From positions 293,154 to 357,153 of the IMG/VR virus record IMGVR_UViG_3300021400_002728: a DNA stretch of 64,000 nt; one strand, 5' to 3'. Below, piece by piece: positions 9,553 through 18,978 of the stretch (positions are counted from its first letter, which is position 1; the number at the start of each line of letters is the position of its first letter). The DNA is from a virus (Duplodnaviria; Heunggongvirae; Uroviricota; Caudoviricetes). The notes below the pieces were generated by a model. It worked only from the letters and a program-made list of their open reading frames with translations. It was not told the DNA's origin and ran no database searches. Position numbers and translations under genes: made by a program.

Positions 9553-10143
9553 TTAAGTTTCATATCTACCAGTATCAGTAGAAATACAGAAACATGGTAA
9601 TTCTCCAACAAGTTCAATTTTATTTATAATCATTCCATTACAATAAAGTTCTGCGTTATACTTACCAATAAGATAATCCATACCTTTACAAGTAAGCCAA
9701 TATGTATTCTCATCTACTTTCTGAGGTTCACTCTTAACGACAACCTGCTTAAGATAGATTCTTTTAACCTTATCAAAATGAAAATCATAAATTTCAGTTT
9801 CAGCGTTTGTTATAATAGGATCTACCTGTACATTGATAGGCTCATTATAACAGAATTTTTCTATAATTGATTTTTCTTCTAGTGTGAGTTCTTCATCACT
9901 AGAAATATCATAACTTTCCTCAAGTGGTACAAATGTACAGAACTGATCAAGTTCTGCTTTTGCTTCTTTAGGAAGTTTACTTACATCTATAAGTAATACA
10001 TGATTATAAGCGCATGTAAATTCTTCATTTCTATTATATGTGATCTTGCAGCAAAGCTCAGGATGTGTTCTATGAATCTGAGTAACTCTACTACCATCTT
10101 TCATAATATCTCCGACTTTAACGTCTTTCCACTGTTTTACCAT
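9553..10143 (-). CDS. Stand-alone intein/Hint core fragment lacking block A and block G (candidate middle piece of a three-part split intein)
   Basis: KQWKDVKVGDIMKDGSRV (post-block-A motif), EEFTCAYNHVLLI (block B His), YWLTCKGM, IINKIELVGELPCFCISTDTGRYET-stop (block F with Cys); own GGAGG RBS. Confidence 0.75.
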   Translation of the reverse strand: MVKQWKDVKVGDIMKDGSRVTQIHRTHPELCCKITYNRNEEFTCAYNHVLLIDVSKLPKEAKAELDQFCTFVPLEESYDISSDEELTLEEKSIIEKFCYNEPINVQVDPIITNAETEIYDFHFDKVKRIYLKQVVVKSEPQKVDENTYWLTCKGMDYLIGKYNAELYCNGMIINKIELVGELPCFCISTDTGRYET

Positions 10144-10507
10144 AAATTCCCTCCGATATGTCTAGTTGACTAAACTTATCATACTTATCAATATATCTAG
10201 TAAGTTTTTCATACTGTTTGAAAATATCTGTTTCTAAATAATCAAGCATAATCTGTCTAGCTTTTTCATCATCTCGTTCATAAAGCAGGATAAATTTACC
10301 ACCTAGCACAGTACCTATATCAGATTTTGCATATACTTTACCATGACCATTTTCAGCACGTGTATATACAATAATATAGTTTCCTTTTCCATATTTGTTT
10401 TCAGCAAACTTAAATGGACTAGGATCTTCTTCAGTATACTGCTCTTTTACTACTTCTATTAAACCTTTATCGTATTCAAAATAGTAGTGGTAAATGTCTT
10501 TTTTCAT
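10118..10507 (-). CDS. Hypothetical protein
   Basis: ORF with RBS; overlaps the start of the intein-core gene. Confidence 0.65.
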   Translation of the reverse strand: MKKDIYHYYFEYDKGLIEVVKEQYTEEDPSPFKFAENKYGKGNYIIVYTRAENGHGKVYAKSDIGTVLGGKFILLYERDDEKARQIMLDYLETDIFKQYEKLTRYIDKYDKFSQLDISEGIYGKTVERR

Positions 10508-10518
10508 AAGTTCCTACC

Positions 10519-11100
10519 TCAAAATCCTCTACGTTCAAATTCCTCTTCGGCTTCAAATCTTGAAGCTAACATAGCAAATTTACGTACTTTATCTAGATCT
10601 TTACATCTGATAGTTATTCTTATTATATTTGTATTAAGACGAGTATCTATACCTTCTTCAATAACTTCGATATAATTAAAGTTTGCATCATCACCTAAAG
10701 CATCTAATGCCTGTACATAAGCTTTACGTGTGTGATTTCCAATAGAATATCCGTCATAATTTACAAGTTTATAATTAGTAGATGCAGCCTTACCTTCATA
10801 TAGCATGAAATATGTTCTTAACGAAAATTGACTTATATTATTATCTGGATCAAATCTATCAGGATCATCAATCCATTCACGATAAAATTCATCAATAGTA
10901 TAATCATCTTTAATCTCTTTAAGCGCATATTCATATGCTAAGTAAAAAGCTCTTAATTCTAATGGCTGACTATCTGCTTTAACTAATTCAGTTTTAACTT
11001 TATACTGTTTAAGTACATCTTCTGTTCCAGTGATAGTAGCGCCTGTATCAAGTGTTCCAGTATATAATGTTTTTGCTTTAATTTCTTCTAAAGTTAACAT
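10519..11100 (-). CDS. Hypothetical protein
   Basis: AAAGGAG RBS; first gene after the promoter at 11143-11171. Confidence 0.7.
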   Translation of the reverse strand: MLTLEEIKAKTLYTGTLDTGATITGTEDVLKQYKVKTELVKADSQPLELRAFYLAYEYALKEIKDDYTIDEFYREWIDDPDRFDPDNNISQFSLRTYFMLYEGKAASTNYKLVNYDGYSIGNHTRKAYVQALDALGDDANFNYIEVIEEGIDTRLNTNIIRITIRCKDLDKVRKFAMLASRFEAEEEFERRGF

Positions 11101-11142
11101 GATAACTCCTTTCTATCTTAATAAAGGCACTATCTTATTATA

Positions 11143-11171
11143 ATTATAACAAGATAATGCCATTATGTAAA
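11143..11171 (-). promoter_or_regulatory. Promoter TTTACA-N17-TATAAT overlapped by a hairpin (11121-11166)
   Basis: Exact hexamers, 17-bp spacer. Confidence 0.75.
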
Positions 11172-11184
11172 TAGTTTTTCCATA

Positions 11185-11613
11185 TCAGTCGTTTCTTACA
11201 AATTCAAAAATATAATCATTAGATTCCCAATCAAATGATGCCATAATCCATTCATTATCCCAGTCAGAGTCCTCATAACCCTCAAGACCTTCATCTTCAT
11301 AGTTAGCAAACTCCTGCTGTTCGAATCCTTCTCCAAGACCATCTGAATTCTGACCAGATACCCACTCACTAATAGGTTTGAGTTCTGTAGCAGATAATGC
11401 TCTTGATGTAGTAAGTTCAATATTACCAGAATCTTCATCCTTAAGATGCCACTCAATTTTCTCTACAGCATTTCTTACATCTTCTGGAATACGATCATCA
11501 TCTTTAAGATACTGAGTCATATCATCTTCTGTAAGATATTCTTGTGCAGCTGATAAATCATTTACACATGCTGTAAGTTTGAAATATGTTCTATAAATAT
11601 ACATAATTCTCAC
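11185..11613 (-). CDS. Hypothetical protein with GQxSDGxGEGFEQ motif
   Basis: EWVSGQNSDGLGEGFEQQ; motif recalled from Firmicutes mobile-element proteins. Confidence 0.65.
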   Translation of the reverse strand: MRIMYIYRTYFKLTACVNDLSAAQEYLTEDDMTQYLKDDDRIPEDVRNAVEKIEWHLKDEDSGNIELTTSRALSATELKPISEWVSGQNSDGLGEGFEQQEFANYEDEGLEGYEDSDWDNEWIMASFDWESNDYIFEFVRND

Positions 11614-12104
11614 TCTCCTTCTTCATAGGTCCATAATATACGGAAGACTTCTTCTACAGCTTCACACTGAGAATTAGTATCAGACTCAAATGTAGTCTTA
11701 TTACCATCTTTATCATATACAATTAACTCATAACTTGGATAATCACAAATAAGTCCTTCAGTGATTTCTACATTATTTGTATTAAAGTCATCCCATAAAG
11801 TATAGATAGTTGATACATCTTCATCTTTAAGTCTAATTCTGTCTTTAGTGCCATCTGCATATTCTTTATTGACTTTACCTTCAGATGTAATGTAATAAGT
11901 AACTATTTTAGAATCATACTCTTCCTGCGACATTGAACCACCAGGATAGTCAGTTGCTTCGAATAAAAGTCTTTCCTGTAATATAGTAGTATTTCCATCT
12001 GCTGTAGGTTCTACAGATCCAGTAGGTGTATTAGTAGCCATATTAGTACAACTAGTTACAGATAACATCAATACTGCTATTAAACTAATGATTATTTTTC
12101 TCAT
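11610..12104 (-). CDS. Putative lipoprotein
   Basis: MRKIIISLIAVLMLSVTSC signal peptide with lipobox Cys. Confidence 0.7.
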   Translation of the reverse strand: MRKIIISLIAVLMLSVTSCTNMATNTPTGSVEPTADGNTTILQERLLFEATDYPGGSMSQEEYDSKIVTYYITSEGKVNKEYADGTKDRIRLKDEDVSTIYTLWDDFNTNNVEITEGLICDYPSYELIVYDKDGNKTTFESDTNSQCEAVEEVFRILWTYEEGE

Positions 12105-12406
12105 CCTTGCTCCTTACAGTACTTTTCTTTGTGTTCCCGTACTACAGAATCTTTTGCAAATCCAAGAAGATCTTTATTATCACGTTTGATTTTGTATGAT
12201 TTTGGATTTGAATTTAGTTCAGTTACAAATATAAAATTACCTTCTGATGGTGTACACCCAAATCCACCAGTACAAAGAACAAGTTGATATTTTTCATTTT
12301 GATATTCCGGTTTAAAGAAATCTTCTTTTAGAATTACAAATCGTCCCTGTAAATCTGAATTATACACATTTTCATCTGTACAATCTTTCAGTGTATACAT
12401 AAGCAT
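12101..12406 (-). CDS. Hypothetical protein
   Basis: ORF with GGAGG RBS; KPEYQ...TGGFGC motif. Confidence 0.65.
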   Translation of the reverse strand: MLMYTLKDCTDENVYNSDLQGRFVILKEDFFKPEYQNEKYQLVLCTGGFGCTPSEGNFIFVTELNSNPKSYKIKRDNKDLLGFAKDSVVREHKEKYCKEQG

Positions 12407-12412
12407 TCCCTC

Positions 12413-12712
12413 CTATTTTAGTCGGTCGGGATTGTACTTATCATTAAGCCAACTTTCAAGAATTATGTTAAAATCTTCTCTATTAACTATATCAAACCAA
12501 TCTCTTGGACATAAAGCTTGATAACATTTTGTCTTATTGAGAATAGTTGTCCACATCCATCCTTGTCCGGCGTCAAGATAACAATCGCCAACCTCATATA
12601 GTTCCTTATTAGGACTATTTTTTGTCATAAGTGCTGCAAATTCTTTCAAGCTTTGATACTCTTCAGAATCTTCTTTAAAGGTACATTCCATACCTTGATG
12701 ATATTTTCCCAT
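12413..12712 (-). CDS. Hypothetical protein
   Basis: ORF with GAGGAG RBS. Confidence 0.65.
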   Translation of the reverse strand: MGKYHQGMECTFKEDSEEYQSLKEFAALMTKNSPNKELYEVGDCYLDAGQGWMWTTILNKTKCYQALCPRDWFDIVNREDFNIILESWLNDKYNPDRLK

Positions 12713-12714
12713 AA

Positions 12715-13050
12715 TTACTCCTCAACTATATCAAAATACATATCAATCGGTTCATCTTCAAAATAAAGATCACACTCAATATTCTTATACTCTACTGTAC
12801 AATCTAAATTAGGATTGCTAGGTTTCTTTAATGTACAACGAGCATTTCTTGGAATATATACATCAATTCTATCTCCAGTTTCAACTAAGTCTAATCCATA
12901 AGACTCGTCAATATTATCTAATTCGAGATTATCATTAGTAAGATTATCCCAACACTCAGAATATGAATTTAACGTTTTAGTATAAATACATAATGGTTGA
13001 ATTACAAATACTGTTAATTTACCTTTGCTATTAAGTGCATCTAATAACAT
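12715..13050 (-). CDS. Hypothetical protein
   Basis: Start moved to ATG 13050 after AAAGGAG. Confidence 0.6.
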   Translation of the reverse strand: MLLDALNSKGKLTVFVIQPLCIYTKTLNSYSECWDNLTNDNLELDNIDESYGLDLVETGDRIDVYIPRNARCTLKKPSNPNLDCTVEYKNIECDLYFEDEPIDMYFDIVEE

Positions 13051-13072
13051 AATTATCACTCCTTTCAAGTTT

Positions 13073-13342
13073 TTATAAGAACCACCCGCACATCCACACT
13101 TTTTCAAACCAATTATAAATTGCTACTACATCTCCAGATCCATCTCGTTTATATACCATCATGGCAAATGTTTCTGCATCATCATAGTTACTAAAACGAT
13201 CGTCTATATTTGACCATAGCAATTCAGTGGTATGCTCACTTAAAAATTGTTTTAACGCTCTTTTAGAAGATCTATCAACTTCTTTAATCTCTTCAAAAAG
13301 ATCGGCTTTGATATAGCATACCGAATATCTATATGAAGCCAT
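13073..13342 (-). CDS. Hypothetical protein
   Basis: TAATG overlap with the upstream gene. Confidence 0.6.
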   Translation of the reverse strand: MASYRYSVCYIKADLFEEIKEVDRSSKRALKQFLSEHTTELLWSNIDDRFSNYDDAETFAMMVYKRDGSGDVVAIYNWFEKVWMCGWFL

Positions 13343-13692
13343 TATACCGTTAAGAATTGGTCAGTTTCGCTATCTAATACAAAACTGCCCCATGATCCTT
13401 CATAGATTGTGCTTTTGTCTTTAGTGTCGATGGAAGTAACAGCTCCAGTTAAAAACTTTCCTTGTTCTGCGATTATATTCTTAGGTGAATCTGATCCTTT
13501 TGCATAAAGCACTACAACAGTATCACCTATCTTTATTGGTTGTTTTCCATATCCATTTTGTAACATTCTACCTTTGACTACAAATGTATTGCATAAATCA
13601 CAACATCTACTTTCATAATCATCTTTAGCGCATAATGGAAATGGATTATTTCCCCATTGTCCTACTGGTTTTCCACATATACAACAATTCAT
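13342..13692 (-). CDS. Hypothetical Zn-binding protein
   Basis: CCICG...GNNPFP...CCDLCN Cys pattern. Confidence 0.65.
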   Translation of the reverse strand: MNCCICGKPVGQWGNNPFPLCAKDDYESRCCDLCNTFVVKGRMLQNGYGKQPIKIGDTVVVLYAKGSDSPKNIIAEQGKFLTGAVTSIDTKDKSTIYEGSWGSFVLDSETDQFLTV

Positions 13693-13726
13693 AATTATTT
13701 ACCTCTTTAATTTACCATATATATCT

Positions 13727-14188
13727 TTAGAAATCTAAATAGATAGTAAAGATATTATCATAAGTCTGATGTTCAACACAATATTCAAAACTCATATCTT
13801 CACCCATATCTGGATTAGGTCTGAAATCGTTTTTAAGTTTAAGATCAGAAAGTTTATCTTTAATAATATCAATTGCCTGCTTTAAGTTCTTGATATTATC
13901 TTCACAAAGTTTTTCACAAATAGTATAATGGAATCCAGTACCACAATTTCCGCACATACTAAGTGAATGGAACTCTACCATATTTTCACCTCGATTAGTT
14001 CTTATAAGTGAAAGTACTATTCGGGTCTTTTCTACTCCACCTTCAATTTCTTTCATAAGAAATTCCTGAAGTTCATCTTCAAATTTCTCTTCTCCAACAA
14101 TCTTCTGAATCTTTGCAGCTACATCACAAAATGCTTCAGATGTGTCTTTTGCCTTTTTAAGCTCATCTAAATTAAATGCCATTGTCAT
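13727..14188 (-). CDS. Hypothetical protein
   Basis: GAGGAGG RBS. Confidence 0.65.
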   Translation of the reverse strand: MTMAFNLDELKKAKDTSEAFCDVAAKIQKIVGEEKFEDELQEFLMKEIEGGVEKTRIVLSLIRTNRGENMVEFHSLSMCGNCGTGFHYTICEKLCEDNIKNLKQAIDIIKDKLSDLKLKNDFRPNPDMGEDMSFEYCVEHQTYDNIFTIYLDF

Positions 14189-14196
14189 ATCCTCCT

Positions 14197-14562
14197 CTAA
14201 ATGCTTATAAGAAATATGTCTTCTGCTAAATCGAGATACTCTACTTTATATTCATCTAAATTTGATTGATACTTAGTAAAGTTATTGATAATTATATTAT
14301 TTGAATATATACCAATATCAGTATCATCAAAATCTAATAATGTTTTAATGAATATAAATATTTCATCAAAAGAATATTCTTTAAGATGACGTTCATCAAA
14401 TGAATGATAATCTACGTCATTTATAATTAAGTCTCGCTTAGATCTCCATTCTTCTTTAAGAAGAGCACCCATATCTTTGAATGTAAATAGACATTGAACA
14501 GTATAGTAGTTCATATCAAAATTTACTATATGTGGTTGTGCCCTAAACTGCTTTACATTCAT
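14197..14562 (-). CDS. Hypothetical protein
   Basis: GAGGAG RBS. Confidence 0.6.
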   Translation of the reverse strand: MNVKQFRAQPHIVNFDMNYYTVQCLFTFKDMGALLKEEWRSKRDLIINDVDYHSFDERHLKEYSFDEIFIFIKTLLDFDDTDIGIYSNNIIINNFTKYQSNLDEYKVEYLDLAEDIFLISI

Positions 14563-14566
14563 AATA

Positions 14567-15211
14567 TTACTCCTCTAATCCATGATCATATAATGCATTT
14601 TTAAGTTCGTCTTCAAGTTCACTTAAACGATCATTATTGAGATCATCTGTATCACTAGATACTAACTTAACATCATTCTCAAACTGATAGAATATTTCAA
14701 CTGTAGTGTTTGGATTCTGTTCTTGTACTTTCTCATAGATAATTCTTTCAAGCAGAGCAACTGGCACTAATTCCTTTATAGTAATACCGTCTCTAGTTTG
14801 GAAGTTATCTTCGAAAGGTTGATTAGCATCCATATACAATCTTCCATAAACAGTTATATCATACTTAGCTGTTACTCTAGTAGTGTAATTAAATACTACA
14901 TTTGCATTAGATCTATCAATTTCTTCTATATTACCTTCTGACTTAAATACTTTAAGATTATCTTCACGAAGTTCTACTGATATACTATTATTCTCAGTAT
15001 CTTCAATATATTTTGCGATTATATCAGGAATTTTGATACTATGCATAAATGATTCATAATTCATCATTCCTTTTTCACCAGTGATAGTGTCTATTCTAGT
15101 TTGACCGTTGTACTTTTTAATTGTTGCTGGACATTCTAGAATTTCTTCTAATCTAACTTCAAAATCAGCTTTAAGCTGTACTTTTATATCTTGATATAGT
15201 CTCATAATCAT
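14567..15211 (-). CDS. Hypothetical protein
   Basis: 214-aa ORF in operon context. Confidence 0.65.
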   Translation of the reverse strand: MIMRLYQDIKVQLKADFEVRLEEILECPATIKKYNGQTRIDTITGEKGMMNYESFMHSIKIPDIIAKYIEDTENNSISVELREDNLKVFKSEGNIEEIDRSNANVVFNYTTRVTAKYDITVYGRLYMDANQPFEDNFQTRDGITIKELVPVALLERIIYEKVQEQNPNTTVEIFYQFENDVKLVSSDTDDLNNDRLSELEDELKNALYDHGLEE

Positions 15212-15263
15212 TTACCTTTTAATCGTCTGATAATATTTTATTCATTACTAGATTATCTAACTC

Positions 15264-15488
15264 TTAATCTTTTGGTGCAAGTTCTTTAAGATCAAACTCA
15301 TGAAGTTCATCTGTATTAAGAACTCCATCTAATAAAATAAATGTTCCCCAAGTTCCTTTTTCATTCTGTCCTTCACGTGTTTCTAGAACATGAAGATCTT
15401 TTGGAATAGTACCAGGACCGGTACCATGTAGTGTAAAATACCAATATCGTCTTTCTTCATATGGTCTTGCATCTGAATATCTTTCCAT
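15264..15488 (-). CDS. Small protein resembling the DarA C-terminal (polyvalent-protein-associated) domain
   Basis: YWY...GPGTIPK...WG...LNTDELHEFDL pattern; recognition by eye only. Confidence 0.45.
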   Translation of the reverse strand: MERYSDARPYEERRYWYFTLHGTGPGTIPKDLHVLETREGQNEKGTWGTFILLDGVLNTDELHEFDLKELAPKD

Positions 15489-15506
15489 AGTCTACTCCTT
15501 AATAAG

Positions 15507-15695
15507 TTAGGTTGCTTCTATAATTAACTTAGGTCCATTTTCACCTTCTCTGAAATTATCAAGTCTAATATTTCCTAAAGCTGGTGATAATTCAATTTTA
15601 GCATCATCAGGAACTGTAGCTAAGAAGGATTTAAGTTCTCTAACTGTTTTGTCCTCAAATTGATGAATATAGAATAAGGGCATCTGTGAACTCAT
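15507..15695 (-). CDS. Hypothetical protein
   Basis: Start moved to ATG 15695 after AAGGAG. Confidence 0.55.
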   Translation of the reverse strand: MSSQMPLFYIHQFEDKTVRELKSFLATVPDDAKIELSPALGNIRLDNFREGENGPKLIIEAT

Positions 15696-15708
15696 ATTAT
15701 TTCTCCTT

Positions 15709-16308
15709 TTATACTGGTTCAAATGTCTTATAATTAGTTACTTTACCATATTTATCAAATTCGAACCAAGCAATTTGATAAATACAATAACAGTCTACTC
15801 CATGAATTTCTCTATGATCAAATGTATGGTGATGACCATAAATAATAGTAGCAGGTCTATTTCTTTTAATATATTCAAGAATACCTTTAAGACCACAATG
15901 AGCTGAATCTTCTAGAATACCACAATAACCATAAGGTCCATCATGTGAAAATAGAATATCTGCATTTGGCATATTATTGAATTGTTTTATAGATTGTTCC
16001 TGTGTATAACCATAAACTTGACTTTCTTTGTACTTATGTGATCCTTGCCATCCAGTAAAAGATGGTAAGCTGCCAATTCTTTTCGCATGTAAAGGAAATG
16101 CGTCTTTATGGATCATCATAGTTGGCATATCATGGTTTCCATTTAATCGATACACAGGAACATTAAATTCTTCTATTGCTTGGTTTATATCTCCAGTAGA
16201 ATGATCTCCTAGCATTACTACAACGTCATACTCTGGAATTTCATCTTTGTATTTTGTATAGACAGTGTTAAAAACACCATGAGTATCTGTGATTACTAAT
16301 ACTCTCAT
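15709..16308 (-). CDS. Calcineurin-like metallophosphoesterase
   Basis: DTHG, LGDH, GNHD, SHDGP, GHHH motifs. Confidence 0.88.
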   Translation of the reverse strand: MRVLVITDTHGVFNTVYTKYKDEIPEYDVVVMLGDHSTGDINQAIEEFNVPVYRLNGNHDMPTMMIHKDAFPLHAKRIGSLPSFTGWQGSHKYKESQVYGYTQEQSIKQFNNMPNADILFSHDGPYGYCGILEDSAHCGLKGILEYIKRNRPATIIYGHHHTFDHREIHGVDCYCIYQIAWFEFDKYGKVTNYKTFEPV

Positions 16309-16324
16309 CTATTCTTCCCTTCCA

Positions 16325-16546
16325 TTAAATAAACATCTTCTTCGTGAAATCGTAATACTCATCTTCAGTAGCTTCTTCAATTTCAGCAGTATTACTCATT
16401 CTAATTATACCCTCTTGAGCAAATTTCTTGAACCAATTCTTAGCATCTGATTTATCTTTAGCCATTATCACACAAACAATTGCTTTGGATGTAAAAAGTT
16501 CAGCATTTGCATCAAATTCAGTTGTTTCCACTAACTTATAATACAT
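16325..16546 (-). CDS. Hypothetical protein
   Basis: ORF in operon context. Confidence 0.55.
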   Translation of the reverse strand: MYYKLVETTEFDANAELFTSKAIVCVIMAKDKSDAKNWFKKFAQEGIIRMSNTAEIEEATEDEYYDFTKKMFI

Positions 16547-16553
16547 AAGCTAA

Positions 16554-17006
16554 TTATCCTTTCCAAAATTTTCCACAATATCTAGCATACGCTACTAATT
16601 CAGACTCAGTTGCTGGTTCAAAGTCATCTTCACGATACTGATACGTACCATACTTATTGACAAATTCAAGGATAGCATCAATGTCCTTGCCAATAATTAC
16701 TGGAATATGCTCTACATCAGGTGGAAGACCAATTCTTCCCCACTCAGTACGATCATATCTAACCTTTCTGATAATCCAATCTGGCTGAGTATCAAGTAAG
16801 TAGTTAATGTAATCTACAAAAGCTACCTCTTCTTCTTTCCACTCTACATTATCGAGATTATCTTTGACAGGTGCACCACACATATCACAGAATTTAGGCT
16901 TATAATTAGGACCAGCATTAATAATGTGTCTACAATTATCACAATATACATTAGTACAAATTGTAGGAGAATTTCCATACTTTAAATATACTTTGTACTC
17001 AACCAT
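16554..17006 (-). CDS. Hypothetical zinc-ribbon protein
   Basis: CDNC...FCDMCG. Confidence 0.65.
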   Translation of the reverse strand: MVEYKVYLKYGNSPTICTNVYCDNCRHIINAGPNYKPKFCDMCGAPVKDNLDNVEWKEEEVAFVDYINYLLDTQPDWIIRKVRYDRTEWGRIGLPPDVEHIPVIIGKDIDAILEFVNKYGTYQYREDDFEPATESELVAYARYCGKFWKG

Positions 17007-17018
17007 ATCTCTACCTCT

Positions 17019-17267
17019 CTAATTAAACCATATTTTTTCCTCTCTATCATAAATAGAGGCGTCATCACTACTTCTATGAGAATCTACATATTTCATGGCA
17101 CATTCATTTGCATCATCTTCTGAATCAAATTCACCAAGTTGATCACCATAATCCATAGGATCACGACGTCCAGATTCAAGAGCATCAAATAATTCTATAC
17201 CCATATCATCTGCATAGCTTTCTTGGCAATCACTATCAAAGCCGTATACGACATAACGTTTATCCAT
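17019..17267 (-). CDS. Hypothetical acidic protein
   Basis: Start moved to ATG 17267 after GGAGG. Confidence 0.6.
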   Translation of the reverse strand: MDKRYVVYGFDSDCQESYADDMGIELFDALESGRRDPMDYGDQLGEFDSEDDANECAMKYVDSHRSSDDASIYDREEKIWFN

Positions 17268-17284
17268 GACTCCAACCTCCTTAA

Positions 17285-17605
17285 TTACATTTCCTGCCAA
17301 CCATAACTATCACAATACCACATACGAGAATCGTCAAGAATAACGATGTCTGATGTACTCATTGAATGAGCTTTGTAGTCAGTAGGACGCTGCATATTGA
17401 ATTTATAAAACAACTGTTCCAATATCTCCTCATCTGTATGATTTCCAAAATCTTCTTCGTACTCGTATTTCTTTTCATAGTACTGTTTAAGATCACGCTT
17501 AAGATCTGGAACGACCTTAATTACATATGAATAATTCATAAAGGAGAGATCGTGTCGCTCGTCAATATCTTCGCGTACATGATAAATTTCAACTTTAGTC
17601 ATCAT
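17285..17605 (-). CDS. YodL-like domain protein
   Basis: LEQLFYKFN...RPTDYKAHSMSTSDIVIL...YCDSYGW matches the YodL pattern. Confidence 0.8.
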   Translation of the reverse strand: MMTKVEIYHVREDIDERHDLSFMNYSYVIKVVPDLKRDLKQYYEKKYEYEEDFGNHTDEEILEQLFYKFNMQRPTDYKAHSMSTSDIVILDDSRMWYCDSYGWQEM

Positions 17606-17673
17606 TGTTTTATCCTCCTTTTATTTTTGTATGTATTTTCTAATTTCCATTCTATTTATATTAAATAGCTTTT

Positions 17674-18036
17674 TCAATTTTGTCGCATTGTGTTGCTGTC
17701 AACGATGTCATCGAACCATTTTGCACCAATTTCAAATCTAGCGGCAAAGATGAGATTAGCATCTTTAATATCGTCTAACTTAACTGATACTATATGAATA
17801 TCATCAGGATATGCGTTATTTCCTGTAAGTTTATATATATCATTCATCAACTTACCTGATATAATATAGAAATCATCTGTCATCATCTTAGCACCATGTT
17901 CTTCAAACCAACCTCTTAGTGCTTCAAGATTGTCGTCATCTGTATTAAAACCAACCATAGTAAAAGCTGATCCATCATAAAGATCTTTAAGGTCTGATTC
18001 TTTACAGTTAATTTTATTGATTCCCATATTTATCAC
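17674..18036 (-). CDS. Hypothetical protein
   Basis: ORF with GAGG RBS. Confidence 0.6.
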   Translation of the reverse strand: MINMGINKINCKESDLKDLYDGSAFTMVGFNTDDDNLEALRGWFEEHGAKMMTDDFYIISGKLMNDIYKLTGNNAYPDDIHIVSVKLDDIKDANLIFAARFEIGAKWFDDIVDSNTMRQN

Positions 18037-18043
18037 CTCTCTA

Positions 18044-18274
18044 CTATCCTAAAAGTTCCTCAGCACATAACTGAATTGCATAAGCATTCTTTGCTATTTC
18101 AGATTCTGACATTTTAGTAAGCTCCGTTAAAAATTCTTCTACAGTCATATCACAACTATATTCAACTTCACCTCTATGTCTCATACACTTAGGACAGCCA
18201 CCACAGATTTCTGATGGATTTTCTACATCACCATCTGAATTGCATCCACTGCAATACCATTTCATTCTTAGCAT
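18044..18274 (-). CDS. Hypothetical Cys-rich small protein
   Basis: CSGC...CGGCPKC. Confidence 0.55.
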   Translation of the reverse strand: MLRMKWYCSGCNSDGDVENPSEICGGCPKCMRHRGEVEYSCDMTVEEFLTELTKMSESEIAKNAYAIQLCAEELLG

Positions 18275-18286
18275 GATTAAATCCTC

Positions 18287-18781
18287 CTATACTAAATCCC
18301 TAAGAGTTACTTCATTTACATGCTCCATCTCTTCTGAATCTAAAAAATTCAATACTTCTCGACTAGTCATTGGTTTAGTGTCAAATAAAACTGCCCAAAT
18401 AACATCATTAGACCAGACATCTGTGATATACGCACCATCAACATCATCAACATGCTCATTAATGTCACCACTAATTTTCCACTGTTTATCTGAATATTTG
18501 CTAAATACTATATCTTGTATTTCTTTTAGAGATACACCTTTTGCAGTAGTAGTATCATGTAGACTATCTTGTTTGAGAGCTTCCCAGTCAAAATCATCTT
18601 CGTCATATTTATCAAATAACGATATAATATTGCTTTTTGGTACTAAATCATACATATCAATAGACAGTATAAATTTTTTATCTGTAACTGCTTCTATTTC
18701 ATTTTCAGGAATTTGTGTTATATCTATATCATAACCATCTCTATACTTTTCAAATCTTTCCATAGTTATACCTCCAAGCAA
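18287..18781 (-). CDS. Hypothetical protein
   Basis: ORF; likely start at MERFEK after GGAGG. Confidence 0.6.
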   Translation of the reverse strand: MLGGITMERFEKYRDGYDIDITQIPENEIEAVTDKKFILSIDMYDLVPKSNIISLFDKYDEDDFDWEALKQDSLHDTTTAKGVSLKEIQDIVFSKYSDKQWKISGDINEHVDDVDGAYITDVWSNDVIWAVLFDTKPMTSREVLNFLDSEEMEHVNEVTLRDLV

Positions 18782-18969
18782 ATTTTAATATAACCACCAC
18801 ATTTGTAAACTTTCTCTGAATTATCCCACTTCCAATCAGCGTCTTTCATGGGTTCATAATCTTCAATTCCTTTATAAATCTGACTTTCATTTTCATCATA
18901 TACGATAACAATATCATCTTCAAATTCTATTTGTTTTCTTGCGTATGTCTTATATCCTCTTTTCATCAA
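18766..18969 (-). CDS. Hypothetical protein
   Basis: AAGGAGG RBS. Confidence 0.55.
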   Translation of the reverse strand: MMKRGYKTYARKQIEFEDDIVIVYDENESQIYKGIEDYEPMKDADWKWDNSEKVYKCGGYIKICLEV

Positions 18970-18978
18970 TCTACCTCC

